Below the pieces are notes generated by a model, which saw only the letters and a list, made by a program, of their open reading frames with translations, ran no database searches and was not told the DNA's origin. A program made the translations under genes and the position numbers. Source: an uncultured Thiotrichales bacterium (GTDB taxonomy: Bacteria; Pseudomonadota; Gammaproteobacteria; UWMA-0217). Taken from it: a stretch of DNA of 64,000 nt. Positions 27,464 to 38,069 of the stretch are shown in pieces (the stretch's first letter is position 1; every line of letters starts with the position of its first letter). The stretch is from NCBI GenBank assembly GCA_964430355.1, contig CAYSFW010000005.1, positions 13,177 to 77,176 of the forward strand, in the 5' to 3' direction.

Positions 27464-28057
27464 TCACGGTGCGGCTGGCCTCGCGGTGGTTGAAGCCGCG
27501 TCCGTACCGTGCAGCGTGAGGTCGAAGGCGAGGGGTCGCCCCCCGGGGTCGTGCAGCTGCAACTCCACGCGCCGGTTGATCGCGTGGGCGGTCGCGGGCT
27601 CACCTGCGGGGAGCGGCAACGCCGCGCCGATCGGCGCGGCGATCAGGCGCTCACGACCGATGCCTCTCTCAACGAGCGACTCCACAACGAACGAGGTTCG
27701 GCGCCGGGCGAGGTAAAGGTTGTATTCGTTGCTGCCACGGGGGTCGGTGAAGCCCTGGATGCCAAGCTTGAGCTCCGGGTACGCACGCAGCACGGCGACG
27801 ACGCGATCTAGCCGCGCGGCTTCCGTGGGCTGGAGCTCGGCGCGGTCGTAGGCGAAGTACACCGCCGGTTCCCAGGGCAGACCTGCTGCCGTCGGACGAC
27901 CGCTGATGACCGGTTTCTCGTCGACGAGGGTGACGACCTGCGGCTTGCAAATGTGCTGATCATACTCAGCGTAGAGCGCCTCGGTGGTGGCGCAGCCTAG
28001 CAGCGCGGCGGTGCCGGCCAAGGCGAACGCTAGTTCCAGTTTGATCGTGGGCTTCAT
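27464..28057 (-). CDS. OmpA/Pal-like peptidoglycan-binding lipoprotein
   Basis: Lipobox 'LLGCAT' and OmpA_C-like 'TDPRGSNEYNLYLARRR'. Confidence 0.8.
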   Translation of the reverse strand: MKPTIKLELAFALAGTAALLGCATTEALYAEYDQHICKPQVVTLVDEKPVISGRPTAAGLPWEPAVYFAYDRAELQPTEAARLDRVVAVLRAYPELKLGIQGFTDPRGSNEYNLYLARRRTSFVVESLVERGIGRERLIAAPIGAALPLPAGEPATAHAINRRVELQLHDPGGRPLAFDLTLHGTDAASTTARPAAP

Positions 28058-28154
28058 TCGTCACTCCCTTCGTACAGCCTGGCCCATCTCGCGCACATTG
28101 CCCGGGCTCGATAGGGCGCGGTATTCGACGAAAGCCGGTCGCCGCCGCGGGCGG

Positions 28155-31100
28155 TCAGTGCGCATCGCTCAGCCATCCGAGCAGGTCCTCGTCGAACTTG
28201 AATTGGAAATCGAGCTGGAAGCCACGGGCGTTGTAGCCCTGCGGGTCGAGCTCGCGATCGCGGAACCCGGCGAGGTTGTAGGCCGACCCAACCCGCAGGT
28301 TGCGGTTGAGCAGGTAATGCACGCCAAAGCCCGCCGCGTGTCGCAGCGACTTGCCGCCATCGGTGGCAAGCAAACCCGCACGCAGGTCGATATCCCAGCG
28401 GCGGTCGACGTCCCAGGTGACGCGCCCGTCAAGGAGCCACGCATCGCCTGTCGTCTCGAGGCCATCGGCGAGTTCGCTGGTGACGTGCTTGTGGCCCAGG
28501 CGGCCGAAGAGCGTCAGCGCCGAGCTTAGTTCGTAGTTGTGGTGCGTGGCGAACAGGTGCACATGGCGCTTGTTGGCGTCCATGCCGAAAAACTCCTCGA
28601 TCCACTTGTACATCACCAGCAGGTGGTAGCGGTTGTCGAGCTTGGGGCGGCGGGTGACGCCGATGGCGAGTTCGCTGCGGTATTTGCGCGCGCCTTCGTC
28701 CGGGACCTGCAAGGTGAGCTGCTCGCGCACCATGCCGCTCCAGTCGCGGTCGAGCCGGGTGGCGAAGCTGCCGCGCACGCCGTAGTAGTCGCTCGCATCG
28801 GCCTGTCGAGTCTCGATCTGTGCGGTAAGGCGGCGGTTGGGGTCGCGCGCATCCTTGATGGCGATTGAGGTGGCCACGCCGTCGGCTAGCTCCGCGCTGC
28901 CCTTGCCCTCGGTGCGCAGGGTGTCGACGACCTCTACGCGCGGGACGACGGTAAGGTTGGGCACCGGCTCGAAATTGCCGCGCACCCCGTTGGCGGTGGC
29001 GAAGTCGCGGCCGTCCGTCACGCCGCGCACGCGGTATTCGCTGTAAAGCTGGGTACCCGGCAGCAGATCGGTCTTCACCCCGGCGGAGAGCGTCCGGCGG
29101 GATTCGGTGTCGCTGACTCCTGCAACGCCGGCCAGGCTGTCGATGTGCTCGAAATCCGCGTAGACGGACGCCTTCGGCAGCACCTTGACCTCGCCGGAGA
29201 GCAGCACGCGCTTGCGTTCGGCGTCGGCGAAGGCCCGCTCGAACTCCACCCCGACCGTGCCCTGGCGCCCCAGCAGCTCAAAGCCCTTGCTCACGCCGAG
29301 CACGAACGTGGAGAAGTGCTCGCGCTCCTCCTTGTGCTCCTGCGCGATCTGGCGCACGCCGACGCGCAGCTTCACGCCGGCCTTCGGCAGCGTGGTGTCG
29401 ATCAGCGCGCCGACGGCACTGCGGCTGTCTCGCTCGCCGCTGAGTGCGCGGCTGTGCGTGCCCTCGACGGTAAGTATCTGTCGCTCGTTGAGGCGTTGGC
29501 TGTGGGCGAGGCGCGCCTCCTCGCGACCGGCGAGCACGCCACTCCCGGGGTTATTGAAACCGGCTTCGGCGCGTGCGGCCTTGACCTGGGTACGGGCATC
29601 GGCGTTCCAGCGTTGTTCGAGCTGGACATCCCAGGCCTTGCCCTCGCTGCCATTGGTGTCCTGCGTCATGCGCCCGACGCTCGCCGCGATGCGGGTGCGG
29701 TCATCATCACTGCGATACTCGACGAAGCTGCCGGTGAGCTTGCTGCCTTCGGTGGGATGGGCGTTGTTGGTGTGACTTACGCCGGCCGTGAGGCCCTTGC
29801 AAATGCGCTGCACGAGGCGCCAGCCGGTCACGGTGTAGGGCGCGCCTTTGCCAGCGAGGTCGTAGGTCACGCGCAGGAACATCGGATTGCGTTCCTCGTC
29901 GAAGGCCGGGATGGTGCGGAAGAAGGTCAGATTGCCGGTCAGGTGGTCGAGTTGATAGTCGCCGAAGCGCGTGAGCGTTTCGGCGGACAGGATGAGACCC
30001 GGGTTGTCGCGCCCGCGCACGATCAACTCGATGACCTCGCTGTTCTGCACGATCGGCGCCCGAGACAGGCGGTAGAACATCGCCGTGCCGTTGCCCCGCA
30101 GCTCCTCGGTGAAGCGCAACGCCTCGGTTTCTGCCCGGAGTGCCTGAAGGCGCGTGCCGCCCGTGTCGAACAGGGCATTGGCGCCGGTCAGTGTGTACTG
30201 GGTGCGCGCGACGTTGGAGAGCGGCGTCTGGGCATCGGTGAGGAAGTCGCCCCACATCAGGCTGTGCTTGCCGCGTTCGAGCTTGGCGTAGAGCTTGCTG
30301 CGGCTCTGTGCCTCGTAGCCGCGTACCGAGGCGTCACCGAGGATGGGGTAGGTCTCGGCCGGATCGATGTCGCGCAGGAGGGTCTCCTCGCCGCGCTTGT
30401 CGGTATCGTAGGAGAGGGTGAGGTGCAAGTCGCCGCGCACGCGGCCTTTCATGAACACCGCGCTGCGGCCCTGCGCCCGCGTGCCGTCGGCGAGCCCCTC
30501 GCGCTGGCGGGTCGGCGCCTCGATGCGGGTATCGAGCGCGTTCCGGCGCACAGTACCGTCGACGACGCCGATGGCGACGAGCGGTCGCATCGGCGCAACC
30601 TGGGTGAGGCGGACCTCCTCCCGCAGCCTGCCCTCGGCGGCGCGGATCGTGAGCTGCCCGGTGAACTCCGAGCTTCGCAGGTGCACGGTGCGCTCGCCGC
30701 CGCGGATGCGGATCTGATGGCCAGGCTCGCGGTCCTGGATGTCGGGCTCGACCCACTGGCCGTCGCTCGCCTGGAGCGTTACGAAGTAAACGCCGTGCGC
30801 CGGCTGGCCGAAGCGGTCGAGCAGCCGCACGCGCACCGGCAGGGTGGAGCGCCCGCCATCGGCCTCCAGCGTGTCGCGCTCGGGCTTGAGTTCGATGCGC
30901 TCGGCCACGCCCGGCCGGCGCAGCGCGCGCTGTGTGAGCACGCGGCGGTTGCCGAAGGGGTCCGTCGCCACGACCTCGACCGCGTTTTCGCCTTCGCGCA
31001 GATTGACGCCGTACCACGCGAGGACCTGGGCCTGCTCGGCCTTATTCACGATCTGCTCGCCGAGTTGGCTTCTCGGGACTTCCTCGCCGTTGACGGTGAG

Positions 31101-34100
31101 CCTTGGTTCGATGTTCGCTGGCAGCACGATCATCAAGCGGCCATCGTCGCTGAGCTCGCCAGGTGGCCATAGCCATTCCGCGGCCTTGGCCTGCGCGCGG
31201 GTCACGCTTTTCACGATCTCGCTCGCCTTGGGCGGTTGCGGTTCGGGCGGCTCGCGCGTGTTGGCCGGCTGGGGCGATGGTGCGGACGGCCGGGCATCGG
31301 GTGGGCGTGGCGCCGTCTGCGCCTGCCGTGGGTCGCGCTGACTGCGCGAGCCGTTGAGGATGCCTTGGGACAGGTCGCCATCGGCTGACCCCACTGTGCC
31401 CAGCCGGTTCCGGTCGCGTTGGGTCCGATCTCCAGCCAAGTTGGCGCCGGGTTCCGGCGCGAGGCGCGCTGCCTCATCCAGCGCCCAGGCGCCGTTGAGC
31501 AGGGCGTTGCGGGCTTTAATCTGGGCCAGCACACGGTCGACCTGGTCGGACGGGGGGCAGGCTGCGGCGAAATCGGCGCGGTGGAACTCGCCGGGCACGA
31601 GGTCGAGCAACCGGCTGTCACCATCGGCCAAATGGCGGTTGCCGAGTGGCTTCAGGCGCAGCCCTTCGATCAGGGTCAAGGGGTCCACCTTGATCGCGTG
31701 CAGGCCCGGCTTGAGTCCGTAGAGGCTGTATTGGCCGTGCTCGTCGGTGATGGCGAAGCTGCCGTTTTCCAGATACAGCTTCACCCCGCCGATCGGCCAC
31801 TCGCCACGGCTCTGGATGCGGTTGCAGTCCGCATCGAGATACACCTTGCCGAAGACGATGGCGTTGTCGGAGAGGACACCCTCTGGCCGTACCTGGACTT
31901 TGACGCGCGCCTCGGTCGAGCGCAGCGTGCGGTCGGACGCGGTGCGGCCCTCGGCGCTCGCGCGGTTCAACCCGTCGCCGTCCACTGCACCGGCGCTGGT
32001 GCGCAGCGCATAGCTGACAGTAGTCCGCGCGCCGGGGGCCAGGGTGCCGAGCGCGAACTCGAGTTCCGGCGTGAACCGTAGTGGACCGTCTATGGGTTTA
32101 CCGTCCCAGCGCGCGGAGCGCTCGACGTACTTGAAGCCGTAAGGTGGCTGGTCGCGCAGCCGTACGTCACGCAGCGCTTGAGTACTGCGGTTGCTCACCA
32201 CGACCTCGTAGGCCACGACGTCGGCCAGCCCCACAGCCGGTCGCGAGGCGCGCTTCTCCACCGTGAGGTTGCCGGTCACCGCGGGGTCGAGCGGCACGTC
32301 GATGCGCGGCAGGTCGCCATCCGCATCGAGCTGGAACACGCTGCTCGCGCCGCCGCCCGGTGGACCATCGCGCCCGTAGGAATACGCGCCGACTTGGCGT
32401 CCAAACTGCGCGCGCAGGGCATCCGGCGCGACGGTCGAGGGGAAGTCGTGGGAGGGTGGTGGCTCGACACGCAGGTAGTAGGCGCCGCTGCCGAGGCGGG
32501 GGAAGCGGAACTGACCGTCGGCGCGGGTGGTTGACGCGGCGCTCTCCGCTTCCCCCGCGTCGGGGTCGTGCGCCGGGGCACCGTCCGCGGTGTGGAAATA
32601 CACTGTGGCGCCGGCGACCGGCTGACCGCTCTGACTGTCGAACACCGTGCCGAGCGGATCCACGACGGCCGCGTCGAGCAACACCGGGCCAAGGCGGGAC
32701 TCGCGGAAGGTCACGCGCAGGGTATCGTTGCCGCGGGTCAGCAGCACGCAGGCGCCGTCCGGGGTTGCCGTGTAGCTCGGCAGGGGTGTGGCATCCGGCG
32801 CGAGGCGGGCGGCGCGGGCCGGACAGACGCTGCCATTGCCGCGCAGGCGGTCACTGGTGACGACGGGCTCGATGCTGCGGTAGACGCCCGAAAAGGGCTG
32901 GGTCTCGAGCATCACCACGTCGATCCAGTCGCCGGTTCCGGTCGATTCCAGCCGCACACGGATCACGGTCGGCTTGCCGTCCGCCCATTGGGCGATGGGT
33001 CGGAAGCTCTCCATCTGGACCTCGATGTAGATGCCGTCGCGCAGCGCGTTGTAGGTTGTCTCACCGGAGGCGATGCGGTACTGGCGTGCGTCTTCGAAGT
33101 CCGCGTCGCGCCAGAAGTCGGGGGCAGCTGTCGTGCGGCGCAGCGCTGCGACAGGCTGAAGGAAGCGGATCTTCGCCGTCGGTGGTGGTCCGTTGACCGC
33201 GTTGCACACCGGGTTGCTCTGGAACTCGGCCCGTCCGTCGCCGTCGAGGTCCGCCTCGGCCACGCTCTGCAGTCGTTCGTCCGCGTACGGCGCACGGTCG
33301 ACGCGCATGGCCCAGGCAAGCGCACCGCTCTGGTTGGGGCGCAGGTGTTCGGGCGGGACCAGCAGGCCAATGCGTGCCAGACGGTCCGTGCCGTTCCATT
33401 GCGCCAGTGTGTGCCAGACGTCGGCAGGGTCCTGGCTGCGGTGCACGAGGGTCACCCCCTGCACCGGCGCATGGCGGAAGAACGACGGCTGAGGCTTGAG
33501 CAGGGCGGCGTAGGGCGACAGCGTGGCCGTCACCAGCGCGCCCTGTCGGGCTGCGCCGTCTACCAGGATCACGCGCGGTGGCGGCGGGCGGTCGCCAATG
33601 TTCGTGAACTCCAGCGTGTAGCGCAGCTCCGCACCGCGCTCGAGCGGAAATTCGCAGGGCGAGGAAGCGGTCAGCTTGAGGTCCAGGAAGGCCGTGTCGG
33701 CGAGCAGGCTCGCGGTATCCGTGACCTCGGCTAGGGCCTCTGCGTGCGCCTGTGATTGCGCAGTGAGCCGCAACGCAAGCCGGTGGCTGGCGCCCGCGCT
33801 GCCCGGCACCGTCCCCGTGACCACCAGATCCAGCGCGCCGCCCGGTGGCAGGGGGGCAGTCTGGCTGACGCGAGGTTCCCCGGGATCGGCCACGCCGTTG
33901 CCATTTCGATCCTCGATGACCCGAATGTCGAGAAAATCGGCGTCGTCGCCGGTCAGGTTGGCCGCGGTGAGCTGGAAGCTGTCCGCGACATTGCCCGTGT
34001 TGACCAGCCGGTGGCCTAGGTTGACCGTCTGCCCGGCGCGCACGTTCAGCGTACGCGGGTTGTGCAGCGCGACCGCGAAGCCCTGGCCAACGACGACCGA

Positions 34101-34376
34101 AGCGATGTTGGAAACCACGCGCACCGCCTTGCCGGCCTCCTCGTCGAAATACGTCGCCTCGGCGACGTTGATGATCTGCGTGCCGGCCGGTGTCGCCGCC
34201 AGGACGCGGAGCGGGAGTAGCACGAGGGACAGAAACGCGCAGAGCACCCAGAGCCAGCAGGCTTTGGGCGCTCGGGAAATGCGGACGTTCCGGTCCGCGA
34301 TGTTCACCGTCCCTGGTTGCAATGCTCCTCCCGTGCCGGTTTCGACCGCGGGTTTGGCTGGCCGCCGGAGAACCAC
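28155..34376 (-). CDS. giant (about 2070 aa) DUF11-repeat surface protein with carboxypeptidase-regulatory-like domain and C-terminal beta-barrel-like region
   Basis: N-terminal 'TPAGTQIINVAEATYFDEEAG' DUF11 signature shared with the next gene. 'GATVYFHTADG' CarbPepD_reg-like motif. The last ~750 aa show alternating amphipathic beta-strand periodicity. Start may be an internal GTG. Confidence 0.7.
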   Translation of the reverse strand: MVLRRPAKPAVETGTGGALQPGTVNIADRNVRISRAPKACWLWVLCAFLSLVLLPLRVLAATPAGTQIINVAEATYFDEEAGKAVRVVSNIASVVVGQGFAVALHNPRTLNVRAGQTVNLGHRLVNTGNVADSFQLTAANLTGDDADFLDIRVIEDRNGNGVADPGEPRVSQTAPLPPGGALDLVVTGTVPGSAGASHRLALRLTAQSQAHAEALAEVTDTASLLADTAFLDLKLTASSPCEFPLERGAELRYTLEFTNIGDRPPPPRVILVDGAARQGALVTATLSPYAALLKPQPSFFRHAPVQGVTLVHRSQDPADVWHTLAQWNGTDRLARIGLLVPPEHLRPNQSGALAWAMRVDRAPYADERLQSVAEADLDGDGRAEFQSNPVCNAVNGPPPTAKIRFLQPVAALRRTTAAPDFWRDADFEDARQYRIASGETTYNALRDGIYIEVQMESFRPIAQWADGKPTVIRVRLESTGTGDWIDVVMLETQPFSGVYRSIEPVVTSDRLRGNGSVCPARAARLAPDATPLPSYTATPDGACVLLTRGNDTLRVTFRESRLGPVLLDAAVVDPLGTVFDSQSGQPVAGATVYFHTADGAPAHDPDAGEAESAASTTRADGQFRFPRLGSGAYYLRVEPPPSHDFPSTVAPDALRAQFGRQVGAYSYGRDGPPGGGASSVFQLDADGDLPRIDVPLDPAVTGNLTVEKRASRPAVGLADVVAYEVVVSNRSTQALRDVRLRDQPPYGFKYVERSARWDGKPIDGPLRFTPELEFALGTLAPGARTTVSYALRTSAGAVDGDGLNRASAEGRTASDRTLRSTEARVKVQVRPEGVLSDNAIVFGKVYLDADCNRIQSRGEWPIGGVKLYLENGSFAITDEHGQYSLYGLKPGLHAIKVDPLTLIEGLRLKPLGNRHLADGDSRLLDLVPGEFHRADFAAACPPSDQVDRVLAQIKARNALLNGAWALDEAARLAPEPGANLAGDRTQRDRNRLGTVGSADGDLSQGILNGSRSQRDPRQAQTAPRPPDARPSAPSPQPANTREPPEPQPPKASEIVKSVTRAQAKAAEWLWPPGELSDDGRLMIVLPANIEPRLTVNGEEVPRSQLGEQIVNKAEQAQVLAWYGVNLREGENAVEVVATDPFGNRRVLTQRALRRPGVAERIELKPERDTLEADGGRSTLPVRVRLLDRFGQPAHGVYFVTLQASDGQWVEPDIQDREPGHQIRIRGGERTVHLRSSEFTGQLTIRAAEGRLREEVRLTQVAPMRPLVAIGVVDGTVRRNALDTRIEAPTRQREGLADGTRAQGRSAVFMKGRVRGDLHLTLSYDTDKRGEETLLRDIDPAETYPILGDASVRGYEAQSRSKLYAKLERGKHSLMWGDFLTDAQTPLSNVARTQYTLTGANALFDTGGTRLQALRAETEALRFTEELRGNGTAMFYRLSRAPIVQNSEVIELIVRGRDNPGLILSAETLTRFGDYQLDHLTGNLTFFRTIPAFDEERNPMFLRVTYDLAGKGAPYTVTGWRLVQRICKGLTAGVSHTNNAHPTEGSKLTGSFVEYRSDDDRTRIAASVGRMTQDTNGSEGKAWDVQLEQRWNADARTQVKAARAEAGFNNPGSGVLAGREEARLAHSQRLNERQILTVEGTHSRALSGERDSRSAVGALIDTTLPKAGVKLRVGVRQIAQEHKEEREHFSTFVLGVSKGFELLGRQGTVGVEFERAFADAERKRVLLSGEVKVLPKASVYADFEHIDSLAGVAGVSDTESRRTLSAGVKTDLLPGTQLYSEYRVRGVTDGRDFATANGVRGNFEPVPNLTVVPRVEVVDTLRTEGKGSAELADGVATSIAIKDARDPNRRLTAQIETRQADASDYYGVRGSFATRLDRDWSGMVREQLTLQVPDEGARKYRSELAIGVTRRPKLDNRYHLLVMYKWIEEFFGMDANKRHVHLFATHHNYELSSALTLFGRLGHKHVTSELADGLETTGDAWLLDGRVTWDVDRRWDIDLRAGLLATDGGKSLRHAAGFGVHYLLNRNLRVGSAYNLAGFRDRELDPQGYNARGFQLDFQFKFDEDLLGWLSDAH

Positions 34377-34571
34377 CGCAGTGGCCGTTTCCGCACTGAC
34401 CTGTCGGGCCTGAGTCGCCCGCTCTTTTGTTGGCCGCCTGTATGGCGATGTGTTCTCGCCGCGTCTTGCCGGTCATCACGCCGGTGGCATGACGGAAGCG
34501 CCGCGGGCATCCGCGCCAATCCGTCTCACCGGCCGGTCGCCGTTCCCTTGCCGATTCCGAGTGCGGCGTGC

Positions 34572-37496
34572 CTACTGCACACGTACACAGAACGCACCGG
34601 TCGCTTCGTCCCCGGCAGCCACGTCGCCTGCCGAGAAGGTGACGTTGGATCCCGACACACTGCCCTTGTCCGCATCGGCCGCGTCAGTCACCGCAGCGAG
34701 GGTGCAGCCGAGGTGTTCGCAGTACCGGAGCCTGCCGGCTTCGAGGGTGGTGAAGGCCGGCGCCTGGTCCTGGATCGTCACGTTCCTCGCGACGGTAGCC
34801 CCTTCGTTAACGGCCCGAAGCTGCCAAACGATGCACTCGTCCGGCTTGACCCGGGTCGATGGCATCTCGCTGAAGCTCGTTGCCGTGCAGGCGCAGGTGG
34901 CATCGACGGCGGCCTTCTTGTAGAGCCGAACCTGGCTGGTGATGACCTCGCTCAGGTCGGCCACGCTCGAGGCGCCGCAGCTGTCAGAATCTGCGTCGGT
35001 GGCACTGACCGTGCTGGTGTCGACCAGACCGGCCGTCGCGCTGGAGGGTGCAAATACACGCAGCTTCATGGGTAGCGAGTAACCCGGCGGCAGGGTAATG
35101 GTCGGTCCCGCACCGAGAGTCACCGCCACGGCTGCACCGCTGCCGTTGAGCGCATACACGGTGCTGCCCCCGCTGAGCGTCGACCAGGGCGCGAGCGTGG
35201 TCATCCCGGCGTTGGTGTAGAGCTCGAGCTGGCCAGCCCAGCTCTGCGAGCTTCCGAGCGTGAGGCCGAAGGTCTGCGGCTTGTTGCCGGCGTTGGTCAG
35301 GGTGTGCAGGTAGTCTACCGTGCCACCCGGCTGGATCTGGTTCTGCCCCGGCGGAGTCAGGGCGACCGAGCACAGGCCGGCGACATCCACCGCATCGTGC
35401 ACCACGTCGCTCGCACCGGTTGCGGAGGACACGGCGCGGAAGAACAGCAGGTAGTCGTTGTCCCCGTCGGCGTTGCCGTCCACTGTGCTGTTGCCGTTCG
35501 CGAGCGCGAGCACCGGGTCATTGGGGATCCTGACCTCGGCCTTCAGCCACATGACCGCGCCGCCGGGCAGCACGGGCGTGCTGGTGATCGCGGCGTTGGT
35601 TGCAGCGATGTCGAAGCTGCCATTGCCGTCGCTGTCGATGCCATGGTGGCGGAATATGACCTGCCAGCCGGCGTGCAGCGCCCCGAGCGTCGTACCGTCC
35701 CAACTACCGCCTGCATACAGCGCGTAGGCATCAGGACTACCCGCCTCGTTGGCGACGTAGAGGTCGAAGGTCACGGTGGCACCGACGTTACCGGTCTGGG
35801 TCTGGGTCGGGTTGCCGGCGCTGTAGGCGTGGATGTCCGTGCCCGTGCCGAGGCCGGTGGCGGTGTTGGCAATATCGACCGCCGTGCCGGCGATGCTCGT
35901 CAGAACCTCGAGAACGGTGTCGCTCGCGGGTGTGGCAGCGGGATCACCGGCGGACGTTGCCTTGGCCGTGGCAACGAAGGGCCCGGCCCCGCTTGCGCCG
36001 GAGGGCAGCTTGGCCTTGATCACCAGCGAGTAGCTCGCGCCCGGCGCGACCGGTCCCGTGTCGACCACGCCATCACCGTTGGTATCCGTGAGCTGGACCG
36101 CTCCTGTTGAGTCCCACACCGAGAACATAGTCCCAGCCGGGAATGCCACTGCACCACCGGGCACCGTGCCACTGCCCACGTAACTCGCGCCCGCATCGTT
36201 GCTCACGGTGATGTTGAAGGTATCGTTTCCGTTTGCGCCGTTCACGACAACGTGACTGAACAACACGAAGGCGCCCGCCGACGCGGTGTCGACGATCTGC
36301 TCGTCGTCCAGCGTCGCGTCGTCGTCGCCGCCGTTGTTCACGCCGGCGCCGGCGTTGGTGCCGGTGTCCCGGAACGTCAAACCGAAGGCGGAGGTCAGCG
36401 GAACGATGACCTTGTTTGAGCGGGTCGCGGGGGTGTTGGTGCCATCAGCGTAAGCGACGTTAGCGATGACGTCATCGGCGATCTGGCCGTTGCCGTTGCG
36501 ATCGAGGGCGGTGCTCGTGGGCGAGTAGCTCACGGTAAAGCTCATTGTCACGGTGTTGTTGGGAGGTAGCGCGGCGTCCGTGCCGGTCACCGTGTAAAAC
36601 CCGGAAGTCGTCAAAGCGCCGTCACCGTCTACGTCCTTGCCGAGCGTCGCCTCGCTGGTGGTAGAGCCGGAAACGGCGGGCAGGGTGTCGCCGTTGCCCA
36701 CGAGCAGACCGGAGGCACTTGCCGAGGAGAACGTCGTGCCGACCGGCACCCAGTCGAGGATTTCGACGTCGGTGGCGGTCTGTCCGCCCACGTTCTTGAC
36801 CGTCACGGTGTAGGTGACGGTGTGCGCGGCCGTGTCGTGCGTCGCGCTCTTCGTGACCACCAGTACGGGGCCGTTGGTCACGGTGACCACCCCTTGTACG
36901 GCGCCCTCGGCGGCGTCCAGGCCGTTGCCCGTGGAGAGATCATCCACGGTGATGTGCGTCGAAGAGACAGCGAGGTTGACGGCGATGACCTGGCTCGCCG
37001 AGGCCGTGCCGGGGACTTCTGCCGCGACGACGACGCTTTCCCGTTGGGAGGCCAGCACGGTCAGGGCGCCGGTGATCTGCGGCTCACCCGGGTCCGGCTG
37101 GCCGTTGCCGTTGAGGTCGTGGTAGATCGCGAGCGACGAAGCATCCTGGTTGTCGCCATAGGTGCCAGTGCCGACGTTGCTGGCGGTCAAGGTGTAGCTG
37201 TCGGTCGCGTTGCCGGTGTTGCTGAGCACGAAGGGCAGGTAGACGGTCTGGCCCGGTGCGGCCTCCAGCGCCACATCGCGTTCGATGGTCGCAGCGTAGA
37301 CCTCGGCAACCGTAACGATGGCCTCGTTGGACTGCGCGGAGTAGGTGTTGCCAGCCTCGTCCTGGTAAGTCACGGTGGCCAGGTTCTTGATCTGGGTGCC
37401 CGCCGGGGTCATGCCCCAGGCAACGCCCGCGACCAGCAGGGCGAGCAGGGCAGCGCCCCTGCACAGCCACGGTTTTGTCCTCTTGCGCGTGTTCAC
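34572..37496 (-). CDS. DUF11-repeat secreted/surface protein (974 aa)
   Basis: Signal peptide followed by 'TPAGTQIKNLATVTYQDEAGN', then multiple T/V/G-rich Ig-like repeats ('VTYTVTVKNVGG'). Confidence 0.7.
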   Translation of the reverse strand: MNTRKRTKPWLCRGAALLALLVAGVAWGMTPAGTQIKNLATVTYQDEAGNTYSAQSNEAIVTVAEVYAATIERDVALEAAPGQTVYLPFVLSNTGNATDSYTLTASNVGTGTYGDNQDASSLAIYHDLNGNGQPDPGEPQITGALTVLASQRESVVVAAEVPGTASASQVIAVNLAVSSTHITVDDLSTGNGLDAAEGAVQGVVTVTNGPVLVVTKSATHDTAAHTVTYTVTVKNVGGQTATDVEILDWVPVGTTFSSASASGLLVGNGDTLPAVSGSTTSEATLGKDVDGDGALTTSGFYTVTGTDAALPPNNTVTMSFTVSYSPTSTALDRNGNGQIADDVIANVAYADGTNTPATRSNKVIVPLTSAFGLTFRDTGTNAGAGVNNGGDDDATLDDEQIVDTASAGAFVLFSHVVVNGANGNDTFNITVSNDAGASYVGSGTVPGGAVAFPAGTMFSVWDSTGAVQLTDTNGDGVVDTGPVAPGASYSLVIKAKLPSGASGAGPFVATAKATSAGDPAATPASDTVLEVLTSIAGTAVDIANTATGLGTGTDIHAYSAGNPTQTQTGNVGATVTFDLYVANEAGSPDAYALYAGGSWDGTTLGALHAGWQVIFRHHGIDSDGNGSFDIAATNAAITSTPVLPGGAVMWLKAEVRIPNDPVLALANGNSTVDGNADGDNDYLLFFRAVSSATGASDVVHDAVDVAGLCSVALTPPGQNQIQPGGTVDYLHTLTNAGNKPQTFGLTLGSSQSWAGQLELYTNAGMTTLAPWSTLSGGSTVYALNGSGAAVAVTLGAGPTITLPPGYSLPMKLRVFAPSSATAGLVDTSTVSATDADSDSCGASSVADLSEVITSQVRLYKKAAVDATCACTATSFSEMPSTRVKPDECIVWQLRAVNEGATVARNVTIQDQAPAFTTLEAGRLRYCEHLGCTLAAVTDAADADKGSVSGSNVTFSAGDVAAGDEATGAFCVRVQ

Positions 37497-37571
37497 TGCG
37501 TGACGCTCCCTTTCGTCGGTTCAGCCCGGCCCGTCTTGTCGCGGGCCTCGTGGGTAATGGTGGTGGAGGAT

Positions 37572-38069
37572 CTAGTCGACCTTGACCCGGTAGCGAAACC
37601 GCTTTTCAGCGCCTGCGGCCAGTGCTCCACCCAGCCGCCAGCGCAGGTGGGTGTATTCCTCGGGTGGGACGACGTAGGTCTCCTCACGGCCGTTGGGCAA
37701 CCGGCGCACGCGTTTGACCGGCTCGGGTTCGAAGGTCTTGCCGCCGTCGATGCTGACCAAGACCTCACGGGCGCCCTCTGGCCTCGCCGAGCCAGGAACG
37801 AACTGCGTCTTGGCGGGTACGGGGCCCGTGACCTCGATACCGTTCAGCGCCTGCTTGCCGGCGTTGCGGTACACCAACTGGTACTCGAGCACATCGCCCG
37901 GCACGACGGCCGCACCGGGCTTGAGCGTCTCCTTGCCGTCCTTGTCGCGCTTGACGACAAAGGCATCCATGCGGCTTTCCAGCGGCGCGGCAGCGAGCGG
38001 CTGGACGGCGAGTAGTGCCAGACAGAGCAACACTGCGAACCGGACGAGGCAATGTCCTGTGATTTCCAT
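37572..38069 (-). CDS. small secreted single-DUF11-domain protein (166 aa)
   Basis: Signal peptide and 'VLEYQLVYRNAGKQALNGIEVTGPVP' DUF11 core. First gene of the three-gene DUF11 locus. Confidence 0.6.
   Translation of the reverse strand: MEITGHCLVRFAVLLCLALLAVQPLAAAPLESRMDAFVVKRDKDGKETLKPGAAVVPGDVLEYQLVYRNAGKQALNGIEVTGPVPAKTQFVPGSARPEGAREVLVSIDGGKTFEPEPVKRVRRLPNGREETYVVPPEEYTHLRWRLGGALAAGAEKRFRYRVKVD

Noticed and set aside
29145-31172. Long antisense ORFs inside large genes. Examples: 29145..31172 (+) inside the giant DUF11 gene, 47350..49668 (+) antisense to the helicase, 11107..12369 (-), 18401..19288 (-), 54051..55490 (+)
   Set aside because: Typical high-GC spurious ORFs: Arg/Ala/Gly/Pro-rich with no motifs. 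Each overlaps a gene with strong family signatures on the other strand.
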